The notes under the pieces: generated by a model | The model's database searches: none | What the model saw: only the letters and a program-made list of their open reading frames with translations | Told to the model about the DNA's origin: nothing | Source: Patescibacteria group bacterium | GTDB lineage: Bacteria > Patescibacteriota > Patescibacteriia > UBA10025 > JAHIVO01 | DNA length: 64,000 bases | Assembly (NCBI GenBank): GCA_049325535.1 | Contig: JBMOKY010000001.1 | Span: forward strand, 813,942-877,941 | Direction: 5' to 3' | Position numbers and translations under genes: made by a program | In this document: piece by piece, positions 7,852 through 18,020 of the stretch | Layout: each line of letters opens with the position of its first letter | Position numbering within the stretch: the first letter of the stretch is position 1

Positions 7852-10764
7852 TTAGTGTGCTGCTTTGATACCGAACAACAATTTCACACCGCCAATATCC
7901 AGCACTTTTTTCAGATCAATATTTTCTGGGATGCCTTTGAGACATTTACCAGCCAGCACCTCGGCACAGATCTCATCACGATAATGCATCATGATACCCT
8001 CCAAATCGGGATCGCCAATCTCAAAATATATCGTTATGCGATCAGCAATAGTCAAATCGCCATCCTTGCGCAAGGCGTTTAGATGGCGGATAATTTCACG
8101 AGAAATCCCCCGCTGCTTCAATTCATCAGTGATAGTCGTGTCCAGTGCTACCCTCAGAGCCCCCTGCTCCGCTACGACAAATTCGCTGCCAGTGGGCAAT
8201 GTATCTGCGGCGACTGCCGAAACCACATTCAGCTCCTCCTGAATCAGTAACTGCATTTCAGGTGCCAGGGAAGGCGTCTGGATGATGCACTGAGACAGCG
8301 GCTGGCGTACTTTTATCTGCTGCTGTTTACGCAATGAATGGCCCAATTCAACCGCACTCCGTACCAGCTGCATCTCCCGTAACACGGCCTCTCCATTCTC
8401 CGCGGGCATCAGGTTTGGCCAGTCACTGATATGCACACTCGATGTTTCAGAACCGGTTGTCGTCTGATACAGCCACTCGCTAAAAAATGGGGCAAATGGC
8501 GCCAGTAATTTACTCAGGGTCACTAACGTATAGCGGAGCGTCTCCAATGCCGCGATCTGGTCAGGCGCTTGTGGTTTCAGACGTGCCCGGGACCGACGGA
8601 GATACCACGTCGACACATCCTGGATAAAATCAGAAATAGCCCGCGCCGCCTCGGTGACCGCGTACTGGTCCAATGCGGCAGTGACGGTCGCCGCTATCTG
8701 CTGCAGTCGGGCCAGCATCCAGCGATCCAAGACGTGGGTCACAACCGGCACTGCCGGCTCCCCATCGGGTTTTGTGGCATACATCTGCCAAAACGAAACG
8801 ACATTTGCCAGTATCATCCAGTTCTTTCGCACGATGTCGCCGACCTGCTTCTCTTCGAATAATTTTGCTTCGCCCGGCTGATTGACTGTGAAGAGGAACC
8901 AGCGCAATGCGTCCACCCCGTACGTATCCATCATCACAAACGGATCTACTACATTACCTTTGGATTTGGACATCTTCTGGCCCTTGGCATCCAATATATG
9001 TCCCAAACAAATGACATTTTTATATGGCGCTGGTTTATCGAGAAGGGTGGCCACAGCCAGCAAGGTGTAAAACCATCCTCGCGTCTGGTCGACCGCTTCT
9101 GATATATAATCAGCGGGAAAACTCTGGCCGGCATCGACACGCTCAGCATGCTCAAACGGATAGTGCCACTGAGCAAACGGCATGGCGCCAGAGTCAAACC
9201 AGACGTCGGCAACCTCCGGGATGCGATGGTATTCCCTGCCGTCTTTTTCCAGGACAATTTCATCCACAAACGGCCGGTGCGGATCAAACCACTGGTCGAT
9301 AGTATTTGGGTTCTTCGCCAATTCCTTGAGCTCAGCAAATGAACCGACGCACAGATAGTCACCGTCGGCCGATTTCCAGATAGGCAGCGGCGTCCCCCAA
9401 TAGCGTTCGCGGGAAAATGCCCAGTCCTTCAATTCATTCAGCCATTCCCCAAACCGGCCGTGTTTGAAATAATCCGGCACCCAATTGATGTGTTCATTAT
9501 TGGAAATCAGCTGCTGTTTTAGCGCGGTCATTTTGATAAACCAGGAATCCTTCGCATAGTACAGTAGCGGAGTGTCACAGCGCCAGCAAAAAGGATATGA
9601 GTGCTGATAGGGCTCCTCGCGGAACAGACTGCCCCGATCGGACAGATATTTGATCAGCGCACGTTCGACGTCCTTATCTTTTACGAATTTACCGGTAAAA
9701 TCTTTGACGTCTTTGGTAAAAAGGCCATTTTCGTCCACCGTGTGGTGCTGGGGCAACCCCACCGCCATACCGAGCTGATAATCATCTTCGCCGTACATCA
9801 CCGCCGTATGGACTACCCCCGTCCCCTCCTCGGTATTTACGAAATCCGCGGGATAGACGCGATAGGATTTTTCGGAACGCAATGCGTGAATGTCGAACAA
9901 CGGTTCATATTCCATGCCGACCAGATCCGCGCCACGTTTTTCCTCCACCACGCGATACGGCACACCCAAACGCTCCACCACGCTTTTAGCGATGTACAAA
10001 AATTCATGATCAATTTCCACCTTGACGTAATCAATAGTCGGCCCGACCGCCAGCGCCACATTACCCGGCAGCGTCCACGGGGTGGTCGTCCAGGATAATA
10101 TGTAGGTACCGTTCTGATCTTTAACTTTGAATTTAATAAAGACAGAATTGTCCGTCACGGTTTCATACCCCTGAGCCACCTCATGCGATGACAATGCCGT
10201 ACCACAGCGCGGACAATGCGGCACTACTTTGTGTCCCTGATAGAGCAGCCCTTTATCCCAAATTTGCTTGATAATCCACCACAGCGTCTCGATATACTCG
10301 TCCTGATAGGTGATGTACGGATGCTCCAGGTCTAGCCAAAAACCCATGCGCTTGGTCAGCCGCTCCCATTCCTCTTTGTACTGCCAGACCGATTCCTTGC
10401 ATTTCTGATTGAATTCAGCGATGCCGTACTTCTCGATATCCGGCTTGCCGGAAATCCCCAGCTCCTTCTCTACCTGCAGTTCCACAGGTAGGCCGTGGGT
10501 ATCCCAGCCAGCCTTCCGCTCGACAAAAAAACCCTGCATGGTTTTGTAGCGCAGGATGACATCCTTATAGGCGCGCGCCAGCAAGTGGTGGATACCCGGG
10601 CGGCCATTTGCCGTCGGCGGCCCCTCAAAGAAAACAAACGGGCGGCCGTCTGCTGTTCGCCGCAGGCTTTTTTCGAAAATATTCTCCTTTTCCCAAAAGG
10701 CGAGTATTTTCTCTTCTTGCGCAGGGAATGAAACCCGGTTATCTTTGGGGTCACTTTTATTCAT
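7852..10764 (-). CDS. ileS: Isoleucine--tRNA ligase, type 2
   Basis: EGPPTANG, GIHH signature, GWDTHGLPVE, WTTTPWTLP, DQTRGWFY, KMSKS; no C-terminal Zn motif. Confidence 0.98.
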   Translation of the reverse strand: MNKSDPKDNRVSFPAQEEKILAFWEKENIFEKSLRRTADGRPFVFFEGPPTANGRPGIHHLLARAYKDVILRYKTMQGFFVERKAGWDTHGLPVELQVEKELGISGKPDIEKYGIAEFNQKCKESVWQYKEEWERLTKRMGFWLDLEHPYITYQDEYIETLWWIIKQIWDKGLLYQGHKVVPHCPRCGTALSSHEVAQGYETVTDNSVFIKFKVKDQNGTYILSWTTTPWTLPGNVALAVGPTIDYVKVEIDHEFLYIAKSVVERLGVPYRVVEEKRGADLVGMEYEPLFDIHALRSEKSYRVYPADFVNTEEGTGVVHTAVMYGEDDYQLGMAVGLPQHHTVDENGLFTKDVKDFTGKFVKDKDVERALIKYLSDRGSLFREEPYQHSYPFCWRCDTPLLYYAKDSWFIKMTALKQQLISNNEHINWVPDYFKHGRFGEWLNELKDWAFSRERYWGTPLPIWKSADGDYLCVGSFAELKELAKNPNTIDQWFDPHRPFVDEIVLEKDGREYHRIPEVADVWFDSGAMPFAQWHYPFEHAERVDAGQSFPADYISEAVDQTRGWFYTLLAVATLLDKPAPYKNVICLGHILDAKGQKMSKSKGNVVDPFVMMDTYGVDALRWFLFTVNQPGEAKLFEEKQVGDIVRKNWMILANVVSFWQMYATKPDGEPAVPVVTHVLDRWMLARLQQIAATVTAALDQYAVTEAARAISDFIQDVSTWYLRRSRARLKPQAPDQIAALETLRYTLVTLSKLLAPFAPFFSEWLYQTTTGSETSSVHISDWPNLMPAENGEAVLREMQLVRSAVELGHSLRKQQQIKVRQPLSQCIIQTPSLAPEMQLLIQEELNVVSAVAADTLPTGSEFVVAEQGALRVALDTTITDELKQRGISREIIRHLNALRKDGDLTIADRITIYFEIGDPDLEGIMMHYRDEICAEVLAGKCLKGIPENIDLKKVLDIGGVKLLFGIKAAH

Positions 10765-10833
10765 AACGTGATTTCCAGTGTACCGCAAACCCGCCTGCCA
10801 CGCAAGCAGGCACCAAAAATCGACAGCATCATG

Positions 10834-11280
10834 TCAGGATTTGCCCGTAGCCTCGATGAGCATCCTGCCCCAGGATGCCGCCCGCTCCACTTCGCCCTGC
10901 CGCAGCGGCCCCTCGTGTCCGAGGACGATGAAGTGCTCCGGCTTGGCAATCAGGGTTCCGCCATACCGCGTCAGACGACGGGCGATCTTAAAACACGCCG
11001 TACCAGCGAACCGCCGGTCATACCGCGAATCAAATGCGGCGACTTTTTTACCGGTCAAATCCCCGGGCCGAAGCCGCTTCAGTGCTTCAAGCATGTTTTT
11101 CGACGGGCGCCAAGCCTGGATCGGCGATCCCATGACCACCAAATCAGCGCGCTCCAAAACGTCCGGGTGAAATTCCCAGGCTTTGACCATCACGGCATCA
11201 CGCCCAAGTGAACTATAGATAGCCTCGGCTATCTTGCGCGTATTGCCGAATACTGAATCATATACAAGCACTGCTTTCAT
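10834..11280 (-). CDS. Flavodoxin-family protein
   Basis: VYDSVFGNTRKIAEAI FMN loop, GSP, AAFD. Confidence 0.88.
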   Translation of the reverse strand: MKAVLVYDSVFGNTRKIAEAIYSSLGRDAVMVKAWEFHPDVLERADLVVMGSPIQAWRPSKNMLEALKRLRPGDLTGKKVAAFDSRYDRRFAGTACFKIARRLTRYGGTLIAKPEHFIVLGHEGPLRQGEVERAASWGRMLIEATGKS

Positions 11281-11342
11281 AGACAGGATTAGTATACTCT
11301 TATTGGGTTTTTTGTCACTACCCCCTTTTTCCCTGGGTATAC

Positions 11343-12929
11343 TTACCGCTTTCGTTCACTGAATAATTCTCTCCGTCGTCTTGCCCTCAGTACCGACAAC
11401 TGAATATCATCAAATACGTCCGTACCGATCCGCGAGATGCTCTGCTGTTTAATCCGACTGGCGATATGGGGCCATCGTTCGAGCGGTTCATGCCCCACCG
11501 TACCGATAATCCGTTCTGAATTCATGCCATGGTCCCGAAGCGTACGGCAAGCCCGTAACCCATTTAAAATAATTTGATAATACTCCCGTTCCAATACATC
11601 ATCCAGTGCGTCTTTAAAAATTGCCAGACGCTCCGCGGGTAATATTTCCCCGTAGTCCTCCGCCATCCGGATTTTGTCATCATTAAAATAATCATAGAGC
11701 CCTCCATCAGCCTTTTTTTGGGTCAAGGTGGAATACACTTCGTCCAGATCTCGTCCTTCTTTTATATACGCCAATATTTCATCCTTCGCTCGATAAACCC
11801 CGTGCTCCCGAGCATGCCGCAGCTCCCGCCGAATCGTTATGGCTAGGGCTTCATCGTCCATACCCTTCATCATCCGACGTCCAGCGCGCTCTGACGAGTG
11901 TGGCAACATGAATGATGTCGTCACTGAATTAATCGCGTGTTGTTCCTCATGCGCCAATACGCGCTGGGCGGCATATGGATCGTTCTGATTGTCGCTGGCA
12001 TTCTCAACCGTTATCGCACCCTCCAGATCCAGCACCGGCGCTCTATGGAGCTGGCACCCTCCACTTTGCGCGGCGACATCAAAATCATGCTCGGTCAGCC
12101 GGTCGGTGACATCCCCATAATGGTACATCCGCGTGTAGTCGCGCATATCATGACAACGAAGATATATGGTAAATGGCGTCACGTGCAGCTCTACCTCACC
12201 CTGCGGCGAGTCGCCCTGAAACATCCAGCGAAAGAATTCCGGGCCGGTGGAATACTGCTCTGTATACTTTTGTATATCGTGATACCGGGATTCGAGATTA
12301 TTCAAACTTCCCTCGATAATATCCTGAGTAAAACCATCAAATCCATATTTCTTCGCATAAATCTCTACCATACCCGAAAGCTCTCTGGCATCCACTCGCT
12401 GTGTCCGATCCACCATCTGCCGAAGCGCCTCACGCATCTGCCCTAAACCGCGCTGCTGGTACGCCAGCTTAGCCTTGAGCTCACGGATCAGCTGTGGTCG
12501 CTGCTCACGGGGCGCTTCCCGTAATTGCTGCATGGCTGCATCTGAATCAAACACTTCTCCATTGGCAATCGGCTGCACAAAAAAATCCTTGGCGACGTAT
12601 CCCGCCGTCAGCACGGCGTCCAGAGCGGTCGCGCGCAATTGATGGAGTTTTGACAGTACCCCTGTTTCACGATGCATCACCCGAGCCTCCGCTTCAGATA
12701 ATCCAAATTCTTCGTCAATAGCGTGTACCTCCTGTGGCCCCGTCACCAGTAGGTCACCCGCCTCGCGATGGGACGCTGAGAGTTCAGCGGCGAGTTCATC
12801 AAGCCATCGCTGCATATCTTCCGACTGCTCAACTGTGTCGGCTTCCGTTTCTGCCGCATCCGGCTGGAGAGAACCGGTTTCAGTATCCGCCCACCATTGT
12901 TCGCTCTTATTTTTTTCGGCTGATCGCAT
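11343..12929 (-). CDS. Hypothetical helical protein with HExxH (possible zincin metallopeptidase)
   Basis: VLAHEEQHAIN with downstream KDEILAY; start codon uncertain. Confidence 0.6.
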   Translation of the reverse strand: MRSAEKNKSEQWWADTETGSLQPDAAETEADTVEQSEDMQRWLDELAAELSASHREAGDLLVTGPQEVHAIDEEFGLSEAEARVMHRETGVLSKLHQLRATALDAVLTAGYVAKDFFVQPIANGEVFDSDAAMQQLREAPREQRPQLIRELKAKLAYQQRGLGQMREALRQMVDRTQRVDARELSGMVEIYAKKYGFDGFTQDIIEGSLNNLESRYHDIQKYTEQYSTGPEFFRWMFQGDSPQGEVELHVTPFTIYLRCHDMRDYTRMYHYGDVTDRLTEHDFDVAAQSGGCQLHRAPVLDLEGAITVENASDNQNDPYAAQRVLAHEEQHAINSVTTSFMLPHSSERAGRRMMKGMDDEALAITIRRELRHAREHGVYRAKDEILAYIKEGRDLDEVYSTLTQKKADGGLYDYFNDDKIRMAEDYGEILPAERLAIFKDALDDVLEREYYQIILNGLRACRTLRDHGMNSERIIGTVGHEPLERWPHIASRIKQQSISRIGTDVFDDIQLSVLRARRRRELFSERKR

Positions 12930-13107
12930 GACGCAGGTCGTTAATTTTCTTTTTTTCCACATGCGTTCGGTAAGTAGCCAAAACACGCGCCTGTTCTTTT
13001 TTACAGTCAGCTATCCTTGCCCGGGCGTCAGCCACGAGCTTTTGCATCGTTTCCCTGTCGTTTGTAGAGACCGGTTGATTCATCTTCCTACCCTACCAAA
13101 TACATGC

Positions 13108-13497
13108 TCATATAGGCAAGTGCCAATTCTGGTCATGCACACAAAAAATCGCCGCATCGCGCATCCACCGTCGCCGTTCGTGTCCGACAAACGCCCGGAT
13201 ACCGTGATCTCGGATGTACTCCAGATTTTCCAGCATACTCATACCATATTTGGCGCGGTACCGTTTATCGAGATGCCGCAACCGAGCGCAGGGGTACGTA
13301 TCGCACTGTAAACAATACTGCCAATCATGACGAATACGCTTGGCGCATTTTTTTATGATGCAGTTCCGGCAACTTGTTTGCTTATGCGTATCATCATATC
13401 GGCAGCCCGGGCAGTGATTTTTTTCACGGAGGAAAGCCATGCACAGCGCGCAATCCATACCGCACGGGGCGATGAGTTTTTGTGCAATTACTTTCAT
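13108..13497 (-). CDS. DUF3795-type Cys-rich protein
   Basis: APCGMDCALC...CPGC...C..C.I..C....C..C...PC; ATGA overlap with the upstream gene at 13497. Confidence 0.8.
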   Translation of the reverse strand: MKVIAQKLIAPCGMDCALCMAFLREKNHCPGCRYDDTHKQTSCRNCIIKKCAKRIRHDWQYCLQCDTYPCARLRHLDKRYRAKYGMSMLENLEYIRDHGIRAFVGHERRRWMRDAAIFCVHDQNWHLPI

Positions 13498-13979
13498 CAG
13501 ACTCGCCCAAAAATCACCACGTAATTCTTCCCGTACTTCTTGGCGCACGTGGGGCAGGTCGTATACCACATGTACCATTTTTTGATTGCTGCGTACCCTT
13601 GGGTTTTGGCATACGCTTCAAATTCTTTGCACCATTTGCCCGTGTCTTTGAAATTGCCCTCATACACCTTGCTCAGCATGGTGCCGCTCAGGGTGATATT
13701 CTTCGCTCCCGGAATTTCCTTGTCCACGGCGATGTACAGGTCCATGTTCCATTTCGACGTATGGTCGGAAAGTGACATCCAGTCGAGCGCTTTCCCCCCA
13801 GCGGCGTCGATCTTCAAATTCATCCGCGTGACCACCTGCCCAAAATTCATGGGCATGAAAAACAGCGTGAACACTCGATCCGTAATAAACTTCTTTTTGT
13901 TCCATCTGAATGTTTTGCCGTCCCAGAGTGCCGGGTCAAACGGTGGGCAACAATCTTTTTTTGGGTCGTAATTTTCCAT
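13497..13979 (-). CDS. Conserved hypothetical protein (GyrI-like, often annotated 'hydrolase')
   Basis: CCPPFDP..WD; KVYEG.FK; YTTCPTCAKKYGKNYVV. Confidence 0.7.
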   Translation of the reverse strand: MENYDPKKDCCPPFDPALWDGKTFRWNKKKFITDRVFTLFFMPMNFGQVVTRMNLKIDAAGGKALDWMSLSDHTSKWNMDLYIAVDKEIPGAKNITLSGTMLSKVYEGNFKDTGKWCKEFEAYAKTQGYAAIKKWYMWYTTCPTCAKKYGKNYVVIFGRV

Positions 13980-14097
13980 AAGGGTATAGTAATGAGTATG
14001 TAATGCACAATAGGCACACGGTAGTACGTCCGTGGCTAATAATAACTATTTTCATTTGTACCGTGCCGAATAATATTCGGCTGTCGATACTGGCATT

Positions 14098-14289
14098 CTA
14101 CAGTATCTGCTGGACTCTGCCCACCTCACCCGACACCAGTCGCACTTTTATCCCATGCGGGTGCGTCGGAGAACTGGTGAGTATGTCCTGTACCACACCC
14201 TCGGTTAATTTCCCGGTGGGCTGGTCTTCTTTCAGAATAACAGCGACGCGGAGACCGGGAAATATATTGCCTCTATTATGCGGGTTCAT
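14098..14289 (-). CDS. YwbE (DUF2196) family small protein
   Basis: VILKEDQPTGKLTEGVVQDILTSS..HPHGIKVRL..G.VGRVQ. Confidence 0.9.
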   Translation of the reverse strand: MNPHNRGNIFPGLRVAVILKEDQPTGKLTEGVVQDILTSSPTHPHGIKVRLVSGEVGRVQQIL

Positions 14290-14295
14290 AGGTTA

Positions 14296-14679
14296 TTACC
14301 GTTTTTGGAAATATCCATACTCTTCGTTCAGCAGATCCTCAAACGCTCGCGCGCTCAGGCTCCGCACAGCATCGGCTGCCGGCGTGTTACCATCGGCATA
14401 TGGATTTCCATACCGCTCAATGATAAAAAGCGTGGCATCCATGACCGCCTGCTCATGCTCATATGCATCCCCCGTAGATTCTGCACGGAGGACGGCATCG
14501 ATCCGCCCAGTATCTCCGGCGGCACCCCGCTCCAAGACTTTCATCGCCTGCACATATCGCTCGCTGCTCCGGTCATGCCGCTCTGCTATTGCGTCCGTGT
14601 GCTGGCCGGCCTCCGCGATCAGGCGATCCACCATCTGCTCTATGTGATCCGGCGCTCCTCTCGGCTGTTCTGGATTCAT
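14296..14679 (-). CDS. Hypothetical acidic helical protein
   Basis: Fits tightly in the minus-strand gene run (6-nt gaps on both sides). Confidence 0.6.
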   Translation of the reverse strand: MNPEQPRGAPDHIEQMVDRLIAEAGQHTDAIAERHDRSSERYVQAMKVLERGAAGDTGRIDAVLRAESTGDAYEHEQAVMDATLFIIERYGNPYADGNTPAADAVRSLSARAFEDLLNEEYGYFQKR

Positions 14680-14685
14680 ATGCTA

Positions 14686-15273
14686 TCAATCGTAAATATT
14701 TTTCCCACTCATCAGTCTGACAGTGCGAACGACGATCGCTATGCCGATGCCGACGATACCCAAGATGATCAGCCACGGAAAAACGGCATTTGCCCACTCC
14801 CACCCGCCAAACAGATTCTTAAAATTAAAAGGAAACACCTGAAACATGCGTACGCTCACATAGATGCCAAACCCGTCAGTGACCAGCCGCCCGACGAAAT
14901 ACAGCAGCCGCCCATCCATAAACACAAACACGGCATTGACGATGATATTTAAATAAATGGAATACCGGACAACCTGATCTACCTGGCTCCACTCGTCAGT
15001 GATAAAAGTCCAGTCCCAGGCTTGAAAATTATTGATAATCCAGAGGAATATAAGGGAAAAGGCTATCACAAAAACGTAGCCGATCCGGCGGCTTGCTTTT
15101 GATTTTGCAGCGCGCCGTACCGTTCCATCCTTTTTCTTCTGAAAATGACTCTCAACCTGTTTGCCGATTTCTGCCCCGACTTCCTTACCGATAGCGCCGC
15201 CGATCTCTTCACCAATACCCTGATGCGATTTTTGTTGTTTAGATTCCATAGAAATAATATATAATTTGCTCAT
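14686..15273 (-). CDS. Hypothetical membrane protein (4 TM)
   Basis: Four hydrophobic segments; VFPFNF. Confidence 0.7.
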   Translation of the reverse strand: MSKLYIISMESKQQKSHQGIGEEIGGAIGKEVGAEIGKQVESHFQKKKDGTVRRAAKSKASRRIGYVFVIAFSLIFLWIINNFQAWDWTFITDEWSQVDQVVRYSIYLNIIVNAVFVFMDGRLLYFVGRLVTDGFGIYVSVRMFQVFPFNFKNLFGGWEWANAVFPWLIILGIVGIGIAIVVRTVRLMSGKNIYD

Positions 15274-15308
15274 GCCAATCCCCTGTAATCATATGAACCA
15301 GGTGTCCA

Positions 15309-15701
15309 TTACGGATGTTCCGCCCGATCATTCACCTGCGCCCCTTCGGGTAAAACGCCACTACTGGAATGCCCTGAATATCTGTAGTGATGCATCAGAA
15401 ATAATCCCCCGATCACGCAGAGTGGCACTGAAAACAAAAGGATAGACATAGTTTCAAATCCGCCGATAAAAAGAAAGGCGACGCCAAACACCACAAACAA
15501 CCACCCGCCGATCCGCTCCCATTTCCAGGCTACATATAAAATACCTACCCCAAAAAAACTCGGCAGAAGGTGCATCACTAGCGCCAGCACGAATTCTCCG
15601 GCGCCGTATCCCTCACTAAAAACATCCAGAGCGAAAATGGAAATGAACCCAATGAACAATATTCCCAGAACGCGCGGTGCCCAGTAAAAAAATTTTTTCA
15701 T
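15309..15701 (-). CDS. Hypothetical membrane protein
   Basis: WAPRVL.ILFI.FISIFALDVF...MHLLP...AWKWE..GG. Confidence 0.75.
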   Translation of the reverse strand: MKKFFYWAPRVLGILFIGFISIFALDVFSEGYGAGEFVLALVMHLLPSFFGVGILYVAWKWERIGGWLFVVFGVAFLFIGGFETMSILLFSVPLCVIGGLFLMHHYRYSGHSSSGVLPEGAQVNDRAEHP

Positions 15702-15775
15702 ACACCCAATAATGGATTACTCATTTTCCATGCAGCGACACCGCGTCACTGTTTTCGACGCCAGTCGATACGCGA

Positions 15776-15901
15776 TCACGAACGCCCCTTTCGCCTCCGC
15801 GCCTTTTCTTCGAGCATCAGCTTCTTTGCGGCCAGGCGTTTGGCTGTTTTATGGGAGCGGGATTTCTTGCCCTTGCCGACCCCCGTGCTTCGTTTTGCCA
15901 T
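15776..15901 (-). CDS. Small highly basic protein (41 aa)
   Basis: Below the ORF-track cutoff: MAKRSTGVGKGKKSRSHKTAKRLAAKKLMLEEKARRRKGRS; TGGTATACT extended -10 upstream at about 15933-15941. Confidence 0.65.
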   Translation of the reverse strand: MAKRSTGVGKGKKSRSHKTAKRLAAKKLMLEEKARRRKGRS

Positions 15902-16112
15902 AGATGTATTGATTAATAAATAATATGTTCATAGTATACCACAGATACATATTTCTTTTTACCAGCAGTCGCGGACTGCATATCACGCGTCGCTGGACGC
16001 CGTAAAAAAACTTAAACAAATTGATAATCGCCTGACGGTCAAACTCGACATCGATGCGAAAAGAGATACGCGGCGTGGGGAACTATGATAGCCCTCATCG
16101 GGAATGTCCGCA

Positions 16113-17300
16113 CTATTCCTGAACCTTATACACCATCAGATAGAACCCATTTCTCAGCGGGACGACCGACGGGTCAGCAGTGGCGCCCGGTGAACTGGGA
16201 TCGGTAAACTGGTCACCAGTGGCGGTAAACGACGTCGGGGTCGTGCCCGTAGCGATGCCAATACCGGCAGTGAAGAGATAATACGTCCCATCGTGATAAT
16301 ACACATCCGGCACCGCCCCGCCCTGGTAGGCGATACCACCCTCGGTAAAGGTCAGTCCATCGTCTGAGGTAGCATAGATGACTTGATTGCCTTCAATATC
16401 GCCGCCGTAGAGGTACCAGGTATCACCAAAGTGCTCCACATCCGGATCAAATATCCCCCGCCGCTCAAACCGGATACCTTCCTCCATGGCGAAGTGAATA
16501 CCGTCATTGGAAATTGCTGAGTATATCTTATTCGTCGGCTCAATGCCACTGGCCGGTTTATTCATCCGCGCTTCATTGATATCGAAGAAATACAGGCGAA
16601 TGCGACCATCATCCAGCACCACTGGTGCTGGATCAGCCAGCGCCCTGTCTCCCAATCCATCAATGGTCAATGTACGCTGCTCGGTCCATGTCGCCCCTTC
16701 GTCGTCACTCATGACCATCCCCAGTTGCTCCTTGATCCCGTCTTGTGATACATCCACAAAATAAACAAAGATGGTTCCATCCATGAATACAGCCCCAGGC
16801 ACGGATGCATGGTCCGCCAGCATCACCCCACGGGCGCTCCAGGCACGCAAATCATTACTCAGCGCATAAGTAATACGGTCGCGGTACGGACCCCGGTCCA
16901 TGGTCGACCAATTGAATTCCAGGGGATTGTCGAGTGGAAGAGCGGCATGATCAGCATCACAGACATCGGTCGGCTTCGGATCAGTCGGATTCCCCTGCTT
17001 GACCCAGTCTTTGCCATCACAGATCCACACGTCGTCCATGGTGCCAGGTATGGTTTGAACATTTGTGTTGGCCTGAGTCGTGTCCGGAGTGACCTCCCCG
17101 GTCGTGCACGAGTGGGGTATGCCATAGCACGTCACCTCCACTGGACCGACAGCCTGACTATGACGTGCTATACCCATGCATTGGCACGAACGGATCTCAC
17201 ATCCAGCGCATGTGCCTCCAGAACCGCCGTCTTTCGGAAAGAAAAAAGCAACCATTCCGATAATGAATATTGAAATGATAATATACGCTGATTTTTTCAT
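16113..17300 (-). CDS. Secreted beta-propeller protein (GH32/43 or sialidase-like) with Cys-rich N-terminal modules
   Basis: Signal/TM; repeated ADP.(P/V)V.L.DG..RLY(F/Y) and S.DG..(F/W) units. Confidence 0.7.
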   Translation of the reverse strand: MKKSAYIIISIFIIGMVAFFFPKDGGSGGTCAGCEIRSCQCMGIARHSQAVGPVEVTCYGIPHSCTTGEVTPDTTQANTNVQTIPGTMDDVWICDGKDWVKQGNPTDPKPTDVCDADHAALPLDNPLEFNWSTMDRGPYRDRITYALSNDLRAWSARGVMLADHASVPGAVFMDGTIFVYFVDVSQDGIKEQLGMVMSDDEGATWTEQRTLTIDGLGDRALADPAPVVLDDGRIRLYFFDINEARMNKPASGIEPTNKIYSAISNDGIHFAMEEGIRFERRGIFDPDVEHFGDTWYLYGGDIEGNQVIYATSDDGLTFTEGGIAYQGGAVPDVYYHDGTYYLFTAGIGIATGTTPTSFTATGDQFTDPSSPGATADPSVVPLRNGFYLMVYKVQE

Positions 17301-17321
17301 ATGGAAAAAACTGTTAGACAA

Positions 17322-17969
17322 TTATACTCTGTCCGCACTGTATAACTTCAGCATGAAACTCCGTGCCACCACATAGAAACTATCTTTGTACTCTATCCAC
17401 AGTTCAGAGGTGGTATTGAATGACACCACATAGTACCGATCACCGGCGTCGTATACCGCCACCATGACCGTGTACTCCACGTCCTGCTGTACAAATTCCA
17501 TGGCGGTAAAGGTAGCCGTCAACCCATTCACCGTCTCATCATCGGTATCAAAAATATTCACCCCATCAATCGTGCTGATAATATCGTCGATAGTCCGCTG
17601 GTACACCTCGGCTGGTGATCTCCCATTCGTCGTATCAAAAGAGACGGCGATATACGACTGAAAATTGATGGCCGCAGCAGCGCTTCCCGCCGGCTGTTGC
17701 TCACGTTCATTATGGAAAGAAACCAGCGTTCCGCTGAGATGCCCCTGAATCCAGCCCGGCAGTTGCAGCAGAGTGAAACCGTCGCCAATGTAAGTCCCAG
17801 GAGTCGCTGTGTTCACATTCATATACGCGTTGGCATTACTCACTAGAGTATTGGTAACCGTATTGCCCGCGCCTGTTTCGTTGTCATTGTGCTGCAAGGC
17901 AACATACAGTCCGATGCCACCACCGACGATGACGACCACAGCCATGATGATGGATAGCGATTTTTTCAT
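17322..17969 (-). CDS. Membrane-anchored PsbP/DcrB-like protein
   Basis: TM, N/T-rich linker, GFTL..LPGW, TVNGLTA, C-terminal F..VARSF. Confidence 0.65.
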   Translation of the reverse strand: MKKSLSIIMAVVVIVGGGIGLYVALQHNDNETGAGNTVTNTLVSNANAYMNVNTATPGTYIGDGFTLLQLPGWIQGHLSGTLVSFHNEREQQPAGSAAAAINFQSYIAVSFDTTNGRSPAEVYQRTIDDIISTIDGVNIFDTDDETVNGLTATFTAMEFVQQDVEYTVMVAVYDAGDRYYVVSFNTTSELWIEYKDSFYVVARSFMLKLYSADRV

Positions 17970-18020
17970 ATGCACGTCATGTTAATTCTCTTCACTGCAA
18001 GCATATCACTCCAGTACAAA

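Noticed and set aside
15924-16088. Plus-strand open frame ending ...AYHASLDAVKKLKQIDNRLTVKLDIDAKRDTRRGEL*
   Set aside because: No convincing start codon and no recognisable family; may be a gene remnant but cannot be supported
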